64,000 bases of DNA from assembly GCA_963664405.1 (NCBI GenBank), contig OY761158.1, positions 864,001-928,000 on the forward strand. Reading direction: 5' to 3'. The position numbers were made by a program, and so were the translations under genes. Each line of letters starts with the position of its first letter. The first letter of the stretch is position 1. The notes beneath the pieces were generated by a model that saw only the letters and a program-made list of their open reading frames with translations, did no database searches and was not told where the DNA came from. The DNA comes from Thermoanaerobaculia bacterium (GTDB lineage: Bacteria > Acidobacteriota > Thermoanaerobaculia > Multivoradales > Multivoraceae). Below, piece after piece: positions 1 through 10,369 of the stretch.

Positions 1-3000
1 GCGGCGCCAACCGTCGACTTCCAGAGGGACGTCCGACCGATCCTCGCCGACAACTGTTTTCAGTGTCACGGCCCCGACGAAGCTGCCCGGCAAGCGGGAC
101 TGCGGCTAGACACCCGCGACGGCGCGTTTGGCACTCGTGCGCCTTCTGGGCGAGCCACACGGCCGCGCGGGCCGGCCGTGGTGCCGTCAGACGTCGATGC
201 GAGCCTCCTGCTTCAACGCATCAAGCACGCCGACGCCCATCGCCGCATGCCTCCGGCGGTGTCAAAGAAGGCTTTGGCAGAGGAGCAGATCGAGATTCTG
301 CAGCGCTGGATCGAGGAGGGCGCCCCCTGGGACCAACACTGGTCCTTTTCGCCCATCGCGCGACCCGCCCCGCCCGCGGTCGAGAACATCGCCTGGGTCC
401 GCAATCCACTCGACCGTTTCGTTCTCGCAGGTCTCGAGGCCGAAGGTCTGGAGCCGGCTCCTGAGGCGGACAAACCCACCCTGGCCCGCCGCGCGGCGCT
501 CGATCTGACCGGATTGCCGCCCGACCCGGGGACACTGGCGACATTCCTCGGCGACTCGGCCGAGGGCGCCTACGAGAGGCTGGTCGACCGCTTGCTCGAG
601 TCCCGCCACTGGGGTGAGCACCGTGCCCGCTACTGGCTCGACGCCGCACGCTACGGCGACACCCACGGCATTCACATCGACAACTACCGCGAGATGTATG
701 CCTATCGCGATTGGGTGATCAGGGCCTTCAACCAGAACAAGCCCTTCGACGAGTTCACCGTCGAGCAGATCGCCGGTGATCTGCTGAAGGACCCGACCCT
801 CGACCAGCTGATCGCGACGGGATTTCAGCGCAACAACATCACCACCAACGAAGGCGGCGTGGTGCCGGAAGAGTACGAGGCGATCTACGCCAAGGATCGC
901 GCCGAGACCATCGGCGACGTCTATCTGGGCCTGACCGTCGGCTGTGCCACCTGCCACGACCACAAATTCGACCCGATCTCGCAACGCGAGTTCTACGCCA
1001 TGACCGCGTTCTTCACCAACACGACCCAGTACGTGATGGACGGAAACGTGTCGGACCCACCGCCGATCCTGGTCGTTCCCCGAGACCAAGACCGCGACGC
1101 CTGGTACGAGCTGCGTAAGGAGGCCACCGACGTCGAGACCGCCTTGGTAGCTCGCCAGAGCGCGGTCGATACCGTGCTCGAGGAGTGGCTCGAGGAGGGT
1201 GCGTATCGCGAGCTGCTAACTCCTCTCGAGACCTCCGCCGAGATCCTCTCCTTGGCCCTGGAGGACTCGGAAGCCCCCTCGGTGATCCTCGAGGGCGAGC
1301 TTCGGCCGATCACCCTACAACCGGGCACAACCCTCGAAAGGGGTCCGCGGGGCCACCCGGCCCTGATGTTCGAGGCGGGGGCCTGGGCCGAGCTGCCACC
1401 GCTCGAGCTCGATACCTCGACACCTTTCTCGATCGCACTGTGGCTCTACATGCCGGAAGACGAGGGCTCTTACGCCGTCGCCGGCCAGTACGACCCCGAC
1501 GATGGCCTGCGCGGCTGGTCGCTCACGATCGGGTCGCGTCAGCTGTCGTTTCGCATCACCGGCGCCAGCACCACCTCGATCAGGCCGATCAACACCAAGC
1601 GGTTGGAGACCGGCCAGTGGACGCACATCGTCGTCACCCATGACGGCTCCGGCGAGCGGGCGGGTCTGCACATCTATAGCAATGGCGGCCGGGTCGAGGA
1701 AGAGGGCAGCGAGTTCTTCAAAAATGCCGGAGGCAGCATCCTCACCGACCGGCCGCTCTACCTGGGTCGGGGCGACCTGAGCGGTGACGAAGACACTCGC
1801 TACTTCGCCGGCGGGGGCATCGCCGACTTACGCGTCTTCAATCGGGTGCTGTCGGTCCACGAAGCCAGGGTCGTCTCCCAGGGGTCGACGCTCGCAGCCG
1901 CCGCCGCGAAGTCGCCCGAAGCCCTGACGTCCGAGGAGCGTGAGGTGTTGAGGCTGCGCTACCTCAGCACCGAGGACGACGAATACCGTCGCCTGGTCGC
2001 GCGCAGAAGGGAGATCAACCGCGAGTGGCGAGAGCTGAGACGGCGCGGATCGATCACCCATGTGATGCAGGAGCTCCCCTCGAGCGAGGCCGCAGCCCAT
2101 GTCTTGTATCGGGGTATGTACGACCAGCCCCGCGAGCGGGTGGTAGCAGGAACACCTGCCGTACTGCCGCCGATGCCGGCCTCACTGCCGCGCAACCGAA
2201 TGGGGCTTGCGCAGTGGCTCGTCGACGACGCCAACCCCCTTGTGAGCCGGGTCACCGCGAACCGCTTCTGGCAGCAGGTTTTCGGCTCCGGACTGGTTGC
2301 CACAAGCGACGACTTCGGCGCCCAGGGAGAGGTACCCTCGCACCCCGAGCTCCTCGACTACCTGGCGCTCGAGCTCCGCGACTCGGGCTGGGACACCAAG
2401 AAGCTCTTTCGCACCCTGGTGACCTCGGCGACCTACAGGCAAGCTTCGAGCACGACGCCCGAAAAGGTGGCGCTCGACCCCGACAATCGCCTGCTCTCGC
2501 GCGGGCCGCGATTCCGCATGGATGCAGAGATGGTGCGCGACTACGCACTCGCGGCCAGCGGCATCCTGGTACGGACCATCGGCGGCCCGAGCGTCAAGCC
2601 TTATCAGCCGGAGGGCGTCTGGTCGAGAGTGGCGATGAATCAGAGTAATACCAGCCGCTATCAGCGAGACACGGGAGACAACCTCTACCGGCGCAGCCTC
2701 TACACATTTTGGAAGCGCGCTGCGCCCCCTCCCTCGATGACGATCTTCAACGCCCCCAGCCGAGAACACTCGACTGTGCGTCGGGAGCGCACCAATACCC
2801 CGCTCCAGGCGCTGGTCACAATGAACGACATTCAGTTCGTCGAGGCGTCGCGTTTCCTTGCCCAGCGCTCGATGCGAGAAGCCGGGGACGATTTCGACCG
2901 GCGGCTCGACTACGTCACGACCCGGCTGCTTGCGCGAATTTTCAGCGACGCCGAGCGCGCCATTGCAAAACGGACCTACGACGGACTCGTAGACATCTAT

Positions 3001-3141
3001 GGAGCGGATGAGGCCGAAGCGCGAAGTCTCTTGGAGGTGGGTGAGTCGCCCTACGATGCCGCCCTGCCGGCCAAAGAGTCGGCAGCCTGGACCTTGCTCG
3101 CCAGTCAGTTGATGAACCTGGACGAGGCTCTGAACAAATAA
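1..3141 (+). CDS. PSD1/planctomycete cytochrome c domain protein (DUF1549/DUF1553) with LamG-like domain; 5'-truncated by window
   Basis: Frame open from base 1: VDFQRDVRPILADNCFQCHGPD (CxxCH). Also YWLDAARYGDTHG, CATCHDHKFDP, RRSLYTFWKR, TNTPLQAL. Confidence 0.9.
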   Translation, partial: AAPTVDFQRDVRPILADNCFQCHGPDEAARQAGLRLDTRDGAFGTRAPSGRATRPRGPAVVPSDVDASLLLQRIKHADAHRRMPPAVSKKALAEEQIEILQRWIEEGAPWDQHWSFSPIARPAPPAVENIAWVRNPLDRFVLAGLEAEGLEPAPEADKPTLARRAALDLTGLPPDPGTLATFLGDSAEGAYERLVDRLLESRHWGEHRARYWLDAARYGDTHGIHIDNYREMYAYRDWVIRAFNQNKPFDEFTVEQIAGDLLKDPTLDQLIATGFQRNNITTNEGGVVPEEYEAIYAKDRAETIGDVYLGLTVGCATCHDHKFDPISQREFYAMTAFFTNTTQYVMDGNVSDPPPILVVPRDQDRDAWYELRKEATDVETALVARQSAVDTVLEEWLEEGAYRELLTPLETSAEILSLALEDSEAPSVILEGELRPITLQPGTTLERGPRGHPALMFEAGAWAELPPLELDTSTPFSIALWLYMPEDEGSYAVAGQYDPDDGLRGWSLTIGSRQLSFRITGASTTSIRPINTKRLETGQWTHIVVTHDGSGERAGLHIYSNGGRVEEEGSEFFKNAGGSILTDRPLYLGRGDLSGDEDTRYFAGGGIADLRVFNRVLSVHEARVVSQGSTLAAAAAKSPEALTSEEREVLRLRYLSTEDDEYRRLVARRREINREWRELRRRGSITHVMQELPSSEAAAHVLYRGMYDQPRERVVAGTPAVLPPMPASLPRNRMGLAQWLVDDANPLVSRVTANRFWQQVFGSGLVATSDDFGAQGEVPSHPELLDYLALELRDSGWDTKKLFRTLVTSATYRQASSTTPEKVALDPDNRLLSRGPRFRMDAEMVRDYALAASGILVRTIGGPSVKPYQPEGVWSRVAMNQSNTSRYQRDTGDNLYRRSLYTFWKRAAPPPSMTIFNAPSREHSTVRRERTNTPLQALVTMNDIQFVEASRFLAQRSMREAGDDFDRRLDYVTTRLLARIFSDAERAIAKRTYDGLVDIYGADEAEARSLLEVGESPYDAALPAKESAAWTLLASQLMNLDEALNK

Positions 3142-3155
3142 CCCGGAGGAGTCGG

Positions 3156-4622
3156 ATGAGCCCATTCAAAGAGGTCCTTCGAGCGGAGACCCGGCGCCAG
3201 TTCTTCGGCACCGCGGCCCGGGGGATAGGCGGCCTCGCGCTCGCCAATTTGTTGGCTGAAGACGCCTACCCCCTTCCCCACACCGAAGAGAGAGTCGGCG
3301 GTCTGCCGGAGCTGCCGCACTTCGCCCCCAAAGCGAAGCGGTGTATCTACCTGCACATGATGGGTGCCCCGCCGCAGATGGACCTGCTCGACTACAAGCC
3401 GAAGATGAAGGACTTCTACGACACAGACCTGCCCGACTCCATCCGCCAGGGGCAGCGTCTCACGACCATGACCTCCGGGCAGTCGCGCTTTCCGATCGCT
3501 CCCTCGGTATTCGAGTTCTCGCAACATGGCGAGAGTGGCGCGTGGTTCTCCGAGCTCCTGCCCCACACCGCGTCGATGGCCGACGACATTGCCGTCATTC
3601 GATCGATGCACACCGACGCGATCAATCACGAGCCAGGCATCACTTTCATTCAAACCGGTCAACAGATCCCGGGTCGGCCTTGTATCGGCTCCTGGTTCGC
3701 CTACGGCCTCGGCAGCATGAACGAGGACCTGCCCACTTTCGTCGTCATGAACGCCGAGCGCAGCCACCCTCGGGCAGGCCTACAGGCGATCTCGGCGAAG
3801 CTGTGGAGCGCCGGATTCCTATCGCCGGAGTACGCCGGAGTGGGGCTGCAGACCGGAACCGAGCCCGTGCTCTACCTCAAAGACCCCGCCGGAGTGTCCA
3901 CCGATGCGAGGCGCCGAATGCTCGACGGTTTGGGGGAGCTCAACCGACTGCGCTACCAGCAGGTTGGTGACCCCGAGACCCTCGCGCGCATCGAACAGTA
4001 TGAAATGGCCTTCCGCATGCAGTCATCGGTGCCCGAGATGGCCGACCTGTCCAGCGAGCCGGCCAGTACTTTCGAGCGATGGGGCGAGGAGGCCAAACAA
4101 CCCGGCAAGTTTCAGAACGCAGCCCTGATGGCCAGACGACTGGTCGAGCGTGGAGTGAGATTCGTGCAGATCTATCACCGGGGCTGGGACGTGCACTCGA
4201 TTCTGCCAACCGTTCTGCCGGCGCAGGCCCGTGACGTCGACCGCGCCGCCTGGGCGCTCGTCCAGGACCTCAAGGAGCGCGGTCTCTTCGACGAAACTCT
4301 GGTCATCTGGGGAGGCGAATTCGGACGCACGATTTATTCACAGGGACGACTTACCGCGACCGACTACGGCCGCGATCACCATCCTCGCTGCTACAGCCTG
4401 TGGATGGCCGGCGGCGGAGTCAAAGGCGGAGTCGTCTATGGTGAGACCGACGACTTCTCGTACAACATCGTCAAAGATCCGGTCCACGTCCGCGACTTCC
4501 AGGCCACGATTCTCCACCTCTTCGGCATCGACCACGAGCGATTCACCCACAAGCACCGTGGCCTCGATGCCCGATTGACCGGCGTTGAAGAAGCCCGAGT
4601 GGTACACGAAGTGTTGGCCTAG
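3156..4622 (+). CDS. DUF1501 domain protein (Tat-like leader, sulfatase-like)
   Basis: TRRQFF leader; HFAPKAKRCIYL, GGEFGRT, GRDHHP. Usual partner of PSD1 genes. Confidence 0.9.
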   Translation: MSPFKEVLRAETRRQFFGTAARGIGGLALANLLAEDAYPLPHTEERVGGLPELPHFAPKAKRCIYLHMMGAPPQMDLLDYKPKMKDFYDTDLPDSIRQGQRLTTMTSGQSRFPIAPSVFEFSQHGESGAWFSELLPHTASMADDIAVIRSMHTDAINHEPGITFIQTGQQIPGRPCIGSWFAYGLGSMNEDLPTFVVMNAERSHPRAGLQAISAKLWSAGFLSPEYAGVGLQTGTEPVLYLKDPAGVSTDARRRMLDGLGELNRLRYQQVGDPETLARIEQYEMAFRMQSSVPEMADLSSEPASTFERWGEEAKQPGKFQNAALMARRLVERGVRFVQIYHRGWDVHSILPTVLPAQARDVDRAAWALVQDLKERGLFDETLVIWGGEFGRTIYSQGRLTATDYGRDHHPRCYSLWMAGGGVKGGVVYGETDDFSYNIVKDPVHVRDFQATILHLFGIDHERFTHKHRGLDARLTGVEEARVVHEVLA

Positions 4623-4752
4623 CATCCTACGGAAGTGATCGGTATCACTTCCTTCGGATGCCGAACATGGCGCCGAGGACGGCGCATCCTGCGGAAGTGA
4701 TGAGTATCACTTCCTTCGGATGCGGAATATGGCGCCGAGGACGGCGCATCCT
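4622..4752. repeat. 62-bp palindromic tandem repeat, left part (units start 4622, 4684, 4746; third unit split)
   Basis: Unit GCATCCTGCGGAAGTGATCGGTATCACTTCCTTCGGATGCGGAATATGGCGCCGAGGACGGC; internal hairpin GGAAGTGAT..ATCACTTCC. Confidence 0.9.
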
Positions 4753-5164
4753 GGATCTGCGGGGGCATTTGAACGAAAACTTACGGTTCCGGTCGCTCGG
4801 AGGTAGTGGCCAGTTGGTCGGTCCCAATTGCCCAGCCCTTGGTACGGTTCCGCGTTCTTCGCCTATCGTGTTCGTTATCTTATCTAGCTTCAAGAAGAGC
4901 GTGTTGGGCTAGTGTAGTCCGACCTTGAAACCGCACCCGAGCCCTCTGGCTCCTGAGTATCAGGCGCTACGCGTCCCGGTCACCGCTCTCATGAGGCGCC
5001 ACGAACGAGGACTGCTCTGAACAATCCAGGGGGTGATCGGCATGAGTGAAAACCGTCCTCCTCCGGAACGCTTTCTCTCGGGCCGCCAGCGACGCCACTC
5101 GGTTGCGGGAACGAACTCGAGCGACCGGAACCGTAAGTTTTCGTTCAAATGCCCCCGCTGGTCC
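4753..5164 (+). mobile_element. 412-bp Tn3-derived MITE, copy 1
   Basis: Long terminal inverted repeats; near-identical to 30113-30524; contains tnpA 5' end (MSENRPPPERFLSGRQRRH). Confidence 0.9.
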
Positions 5165-5464
5165 AATACGCACAAATCAATGTATCGCCATGCACCTTCC
5201 ACTAGAAAAGGTGACTGCAGCGAGAGCCCTGGACGACTGCTAGCCTTAGGCCACTGATGGTCAGGCTCGGTTTCGCCCACCCCCCAAACTCTGCATGGCC
5301 CTACTGCTGAGAGCTGTGTGACAGCGAAAGGGTGTTGATTTGAGCGAGCCGACCCCCGTTCCCGTCCAAGAATTCATTGTCACCCATCGGCAAGAGCCGT
5401 CTACAGCTGGCCCACTCGATACCCTTGAGCAGGCAGCGAAGATCTTGTCTCTGCTTGGGGTATC

Positions 5465-5632
5465 AGGCCCGAACGAGCGGGAGTCGGGCTCCTCCAGGCT
5501 GACGTACTGGTGATTCGCGAAGCACGCCTTGACCAGGGTCGTCTTCCCCGATTGACGCGGACCGGTCAAGGTCACTACCGGGTAGTGGCGTGCGCGATCT
5601 CTGAGAACGAGGCTGAGGGCTCTGGGAATCGT
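5465..5632 (-). pseudogene. N-terminal fragment of AAA_14/DUF4143-type ATP-binding protein
   Basis: IPRALSLVL...YPVVTLTGPRQSGKTTL (Walker A)...YVSLEEPD, then homology appears to end. Confidence 0.7.
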
Positions 5633-5733
5633 GGCGCGTCTCCTTGGTAGGGGCTGCCTGGTGTCGACGTGCCGAAGTATCATGTTGATTGAACTTCAAA
5701 AATTCAATTTACAAGATTTGGCCTCCAGACGAG

Positions 5734-5768
5734 AAAAAAACACCGGCGGCCGCCGCCACCGGTGTTTT
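5734..5768 (-). terminator. Rho-independent terminator of the TonB receptor gene
   Basis: Minus strand AAAACACCGG...CCGGTGTTTTTTT hairpin plus T-tract ~35 bp after the stop codon. Confidence 0.75.
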
Positions 5769-5803
5769 GGGATCTCAGCTGAGCCGATCGTGCTTCGACG
5801 TGC

Positions 5804-8494
5804 TCAGAATCGGATACCGAGCTTGAGGCGATACTCCCGCGTGAACTGGAAAGTATCGAGGCCGGTTCGAGGTCGGCCGTTCCTGATGTTGATCCGAATC
5901 AGAACCTGCTCGTTGGTGACGTTGGCAACCTCGCCGCCGATAATGCCTTGCACCCCACCCCTGATCGGGAACTGGTAGGTGGCATTCAAGTTGAGCGCGA
6001 AGTAGTCCTCGAGCTGCTGGGTGCCTCTCTGCTCGCTGAAGGTGCTGGTGTTGATGGTCTGGCCGGACACCGGGTGCGCAACCTGGGTGGAGGGGTGCAA
6101 TGCCCAGGGCTCGCCGGCGGCCGCACGCAGGCTAGCACTGGTCATGACGTCATGCTTGCCGAACGGCCAGCGCTTCATGCCGATGACGTTGACGACGTGG
6201 TCTCGCTGGTAGTCGATGGGTCCGTACCACAAGGGGCCACTGGTGGGATTGACAATCCCTGTTGAAACCTCGACGCCGCCGAAGCCCTCCAAGTGGTTGT
6301 CGTTGTCGTTGCTGGAGATATTGTTGCCTTCGCTCCAGTCCCTCAAGTAGTTCATCTGCAGCGACCAGTTGTCGCGAAACGCACGGTTGACCTGGAGCAC
6401 GATGCCCTCGTAGTCGCGTTGGTTTTGCGGCCAGTTTCTCAGGTCGCGAACGACTGCGCCCTGCTCGTCGTACTGCAGGCTGGCGTGGAACATGTTATCC
6501 ATCTCCCACGTGGTCACGCGCGAGGTGAAGACCCAGTTCCGGGCGAACTGCCAGTCGAAGCCCACCGAGATCTCGTCCTTGTAGAAGGGGTCGACTTGGG
6601 AGTCCAGGGGGTCACGGGCCTCGATGCGGCGCTGAAAGATATCGTAAAGCTCCGTCGCGGGATTGTACCGGAACTGGTCGTATACATTCCTACCATTGGC
6701 GCCCGAGGTGAACTCCGTGAAGACGACACCGAGGCCGATGAAGTCGTAGTAGCGCCCGGCGGATGCCCGCACCAGCATCTTGCCGTCGGCGTTGATGTCG
6801 TAGACCGCCGACAGGCGCGGCACCACCTTGTCGTAGGACATGACCTGCTCGCCGAGATTGTTGTCGATGTCCTGGGTGTCCTGGCGTAGGCCGAGGTGGA
6901 AAGTGAGCTTGTCACCGACCGTGATTCGGTCCTGGACATAGGCGGCCGTCAAAAAAGTATTGTACTCGGTGATGCAAGGGGTTGGGCAGTCGTAGACCCG
7001 TTTGTTGCTCGGGCGCTCGTAGCCACCGGGTAGGCTGCGGCCGTAGCCGCGGCCGCGATACGCGGTTCCGATGCCTACCGACACCCCATAATAGACGTCC
7101 TGGACGTCGAAGCCGCCCTTGAGCTCGTGGTTGCCCTTGAAGTAGGTCACCGAGCCATTCGCCTGATCGCGCGGAAAGTCGTTCCCCCCAGACCCGTTGC
7201 CCCCCCCGGGACCGTTGTAGCTAAAACCGGTCGCGAGATCGCGGTAGTTAAAGTCGTTGCCGTCGGGTGTGTCAGGAGACGCGCCGGGAAGGATCGGGGC
7301 TGGCTCGGCCCCCACCCGCGCCGTGTTGAGGTCGCGTTGGGCGGCCTTGACCTCGAGGAACGCCGAGTTGGTCATGGCGAAGCTCCAGGTCAGGGTCTCG
7401 ACCCTGTTATTCCACTGATTTCCTATGACCGTGTAGATGTCGCCGGCTCCCCCGGGTGGGTTGTTCCGGGCCGACGGGGAGTCGATAAAGGTAAACGTAA
7501 GCTGGTGGCGGCTCGAAGGCTGGGTGTTGAACTTGCCGATCATCGGCCTCATTTCGCGGTTGGTGTTGTACGCCGAGCCGTCCGGCAGCCTGTCGAGATT
7601 GTTGTCATTCATTTCGTTGTAGGAGGCGAAGAACCAGGCCTTGTCGCGCCAGATCGGGCCACCGAGCGAGGTCTCGAAGCTGTTGATTTGGTCGTCCGGG
7701 CGCGGGGTCCCGAGCCAGTTCTCGGCGCGCCATGCCGGGTTCTGGCCGATATAGAGGAAGTCGCCGTGGAAGTTGTTGGTGCCGGTCTTGATCGTCGTGT
7801 TCTGCACCCCGGCGATCCCTCGGCCGTACTCGGCGTCGAAACCGGCGGATTCCATCTTGTTCTCGGCGATCACGGTCGACGGCATATAGAAGCTGATCTC
7901 GCCGCCGCGACGATTGTGGGAGATGTCGACGCCCTCGAGGAAGTTGACGGTCTCTTGGGCGATGCCACCGTTGACCCCGGCTGAATGATCGCGCTCCTGG
8001 CTTAGTGACACCACACCGGCCATCAGCCTCATGTTCGACCTGTAGCCACGCGTGGTTTGGGGGACGTGCTCGAGCGTCTCTGCCCCGAGGGTGGTGGTGG
8101 CGCCGGTGTCGTACTTCGAGATCAGCGCCGCCTCGGAGGTGACGGTGATGGTCTCGGCAGTGGCGGTCCCGAGCGTGAGGTCGACGTCCTGGCGCCGCCC
8201 CGGGTCGAGGACGACTGCGTGCTCGGCTGAGCCCAGGCCCTCGAGGTTGGCGGTGACGTTGTAGGTACCCGCCTGGAGAAGGGCGAAGCGATAGTCGCCG
8301 TCGGCGTTGGTGATCTCGGTCCTCGGGTTCTGAGGGCCGGTAAGAGTCACGGTGACGCCGGGCAGGCCGCCACCCTGGGCGTCGGTTACGGTGCCGTCGA
8401 TGGTCGATGTCTGCGGGCCGTCGGCCAGAAGTGGCAACGCGCAAACGGCGATGGCGATGATCCAAATAGAAGACCTAAGGGCGGTGGCTTTCAC
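5804..8494 (-). CDS. TonB-dependent receptor with N-terminal carboxypeptidase regulatory-like domain
   Basis: Signal peptide, GTVTD...LPGVTVTL, AEYGRG..G....IKTGTNNFHG, C-terminal Phe (LGIRF). Confidence 0.88.
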   Translation of the reverse strand: MKATALRSSIWIIAIAVCALPLLADGPQTSTIDGTVTDAQGGGLPGVTVTLTGPQNPRTEITNADGDYRFALLQAGTYNVTANLEGLGSAEHAVVLDPGRRQDVDLTLGTATAETITVTSEAALISKYDTGATTTLGAETLEHVPQTTRGYRSNMRLMAGVVSLSQERDHSAGVNGGIAQETVNFLEGVDISHNRRGGEISFYMPSTVIAENKMESAGFDAEYGRGIAGVQNTTIKTGTNNFHGDFLYIGQNPAWRAENWLGTPRPDDQINSFETSLGGPIWRDKAWFFASYNEMNDNNLDRLPDGSAYNTNREMRPMIGKFNTQPSSRHQLTFTFIDSPSARNNPPGGAGDIYTVIGNQWNNRVETLTWSFAMTNSAFLEVKAAQRDLNTARVGAEPAPILPGASPDTPDGNDFNYRDLATGFSYNGPGGGNGSGGNDFPRDQANGSVTYFKGNHELKGGFDVQDVYYGVSVGIGTAYRGRGYGRSLPGGYERPSNKRVYDCPTPCITEYNTFLTAAYVQDRITVGDKLTFHLGLRQDTQDIDNNLGEQVMSYDKVVPRLSAVYDINADGKMLVRASAGRYYDFIGLGVVFTEFTSGANGRNVYDQFRYNPATELYDIFQRRIEARDPLDSQVDPFYKDEISVGFDWQFARNWVFTSRVTTWEMDNMFHASLQYDEQGAVVRDLRNWPQNQRDYEGIVLQVNRAFRDNWSLQMNYLRDWSEGNNISSNDNDNHLEGFGGVEVSTGIVNPTSGPLWYGPIDYQRDHVVNVIGMKRWPFGKHDVMTSASLRAAAGEPWALHPSTQVAHPVSGQTINTSTFSEQRGTQQLEDYFALNLNATYQFPIRGGVQGIIGGEVANVTNEQVLIRINIRNGRPRTGLDTFQFTREYRLKLGIRF

Positions 8495-8979
8495 GATTGT
8501 CTCCTCCAGAGTCTTGCGACCCGGTTGAGTCGGGGTCTCTTGAAAGGAGGCCGCCGCCGGGCCGCGCGATGGAAACTACTAACTTGCCTAGAGACTCTCC
8601 CTATCTAAAGACACACTGTGCCTACTTGGCGGTGGTTGACGACGAACAGACATACAGTATACACAGGATACTAACGATCTCTACCCTAGCCTTAGAGCAA
8701 AAATCATACCAACTACATATTGTGTGTAAGAAGGTCGTAGATACTATATATTGTGCTTTGGCCGAACGGCTCTCTATAAAATTGAATCAGCAGTTCAATG
8801 AATTGGATACTATGGCGTTTTGGGTACGGGAGGAGAGGTGAACATCGACTCAGCTGATAACTCAAACCTTGTTGAAACTGACGTCGGCGCCGAGTATATT
8901 TCAGGCAGTCTGTGGGACTGAGGGTCGAACAGCGGTGCGCGAGGTAGGAGCCTGCTTGGCAGGAGAATGGGGGTGAGCA

Positions 8980-9477
8980 GTGGGAGGCCAGAGAGAGTCA
9001 AACCTTCGTGAGCGCAAGCACAGGATCCTCGACGCAGCGGCGAAGCTGATTGCTTCGGAAGGCGCTGAAGCCTGCACCATGCGTAGGCTTGCGCGTGCCG
9101 CGCAGCTCGATGTGGTCACCCTTTACAACCACTATGGATCAAAGGAAGAGATCCTGGAGGCGCTGCGAAGAAGCGGCGCTCGGTCGCTTCATCGACGTTT
9201 CGAGAGGCTGACTGAAACGGAACCGCTCGATCTCATTCGCGCCATCGTCAAAGTGTCGCTTTTGGAGGGGGCAGCACCGATCGATGTGGCGCGACCCAAG
9301 CTCCTGCCCAGTTCTACTTCGCGACGACTGCACGAAGGACCGTTCCTGGCGGCGGTCAAGGAACGGGGGTCGAGGAACAATGGAACGGAAACGCACACTA
9401 AGGGGGCACTCCCCAGGGTTCGATACCGTTGCTGGGTGCCTGTTGACTTCCTCAGTGACGACCAAGCGGCGGCATAG
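8980..9477 (+). pseudogene. TetR-family regulator, truncated at ~9364 by a Tn3-type IR
   Basis: ILDAAAKLIASEG...TMRRLARAAQLDVVTLYNHYGSKEEIL HTH; tail reads through the IR. Confidence 0.75.
9365..9402 (+). repeat. Orphan 38-bp Tn3-family inverted repeat
   Basis: GGGGGTCGAGGAACAATGGAACGGAAACGCACACTAAG, related to the IRs at 27083 and 29681. Confidence 0.8.
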
Positions 9478-9834
9478 GCGACGGCGGAAGCCATGGCTCT
9501 CGATGGCGTCAACCGCGACACGGTGAAGGTCTTCGTCATGGACAAAGAGTTCACGGTCTAGCAAGGCCAAGCACCCGCACAGGCGCTCTAGCACCTATCG
9601 ACGGGTGATGCGCCAACGCTTCTCCGGGTCCTTCTCGATTCGAGACACCGGCTCACTAGCCAGTCGAGCCGTTCAGGTGTCCGTGCGTGCTTGCGCGACG
9701 GCGGCTCGGGATCTGAGGGCTGACTACAGCGGGCTAATCAGAGGCCGATTCACGGTGTCGTGATCCACCGTATAAAGCGACACGCAGGCTCGCAGATCCC
9801 CGTGGATGCTGGATTTCTCGAGCGGCCAAAGGTG

Positions 9835-9861
9835 AAAAGGCGACACCGTGTCGCCTTTTTT
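9835..9861. terminator. Perfect palindrome, possible bidirectional terminator
   Basis: AAAAGGCGACAC-C-GTGTCGCCTTTT(TT). Confidence 0.45.
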
Positions 9862-10084
9862 GTAAAGGTGCGACACCTCCTGCTTCCAAAGGTGGGGTGG
9901 GAGCCTATCGTCGCGGGAGTTGTCGAACGATTGCCTTGATAGCTTCGGCAATCTGTTTCGGTTCCTGGCGGGCGTCGCGCTTCTCGGCTCTTACTCGTTG
10001 TCGATCGAGGTGGGCCTGGAGCTCCTCGAGCTCTGGAGGCCTGTCCTTACTCGGAAGAGGCGACTTCACCACTTCTCCGCAAAC

Positions 10085-10327
10085 TCATCGACGACGTCCT
10101 GGCCAGAGAGATTGAGATAGATCATCGTCGTCTCGATCCGGTCGTGGCCCAAGGCCATCTGTAGAGCTCGAAGGTTGATGCCCTTCTTCAGTGCGGTCAC
10201 GGCGAGCCATCGCGGTCCCACACCACCCTCGATCCATCAACATCAGCTCACGCACTCCATACCAGCAGGGGCACATCATGTTGCAGCTGCAGGTCTCGAT
10301 CATCTGAATCTCGAGCTCCATGGTCAT
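10085..10327 (-). pseudogene. DUF1326-like N-terminal fragment
   Basis: IETCSCNMMCPCW...GWC cysteine motif, then sequence diverges. Confidence 0.6.
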
Positions 10328-10369
10328 GAACGCGGCTCCTCTCTGATTCGAGCAGGATGCTGGGATTTG

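Noticed and set aside
4622-4752. CRISPR array
   Set aside because: Units are contiguous near-identical 62-mers with no unique spacers, and no cas genes are in the window.
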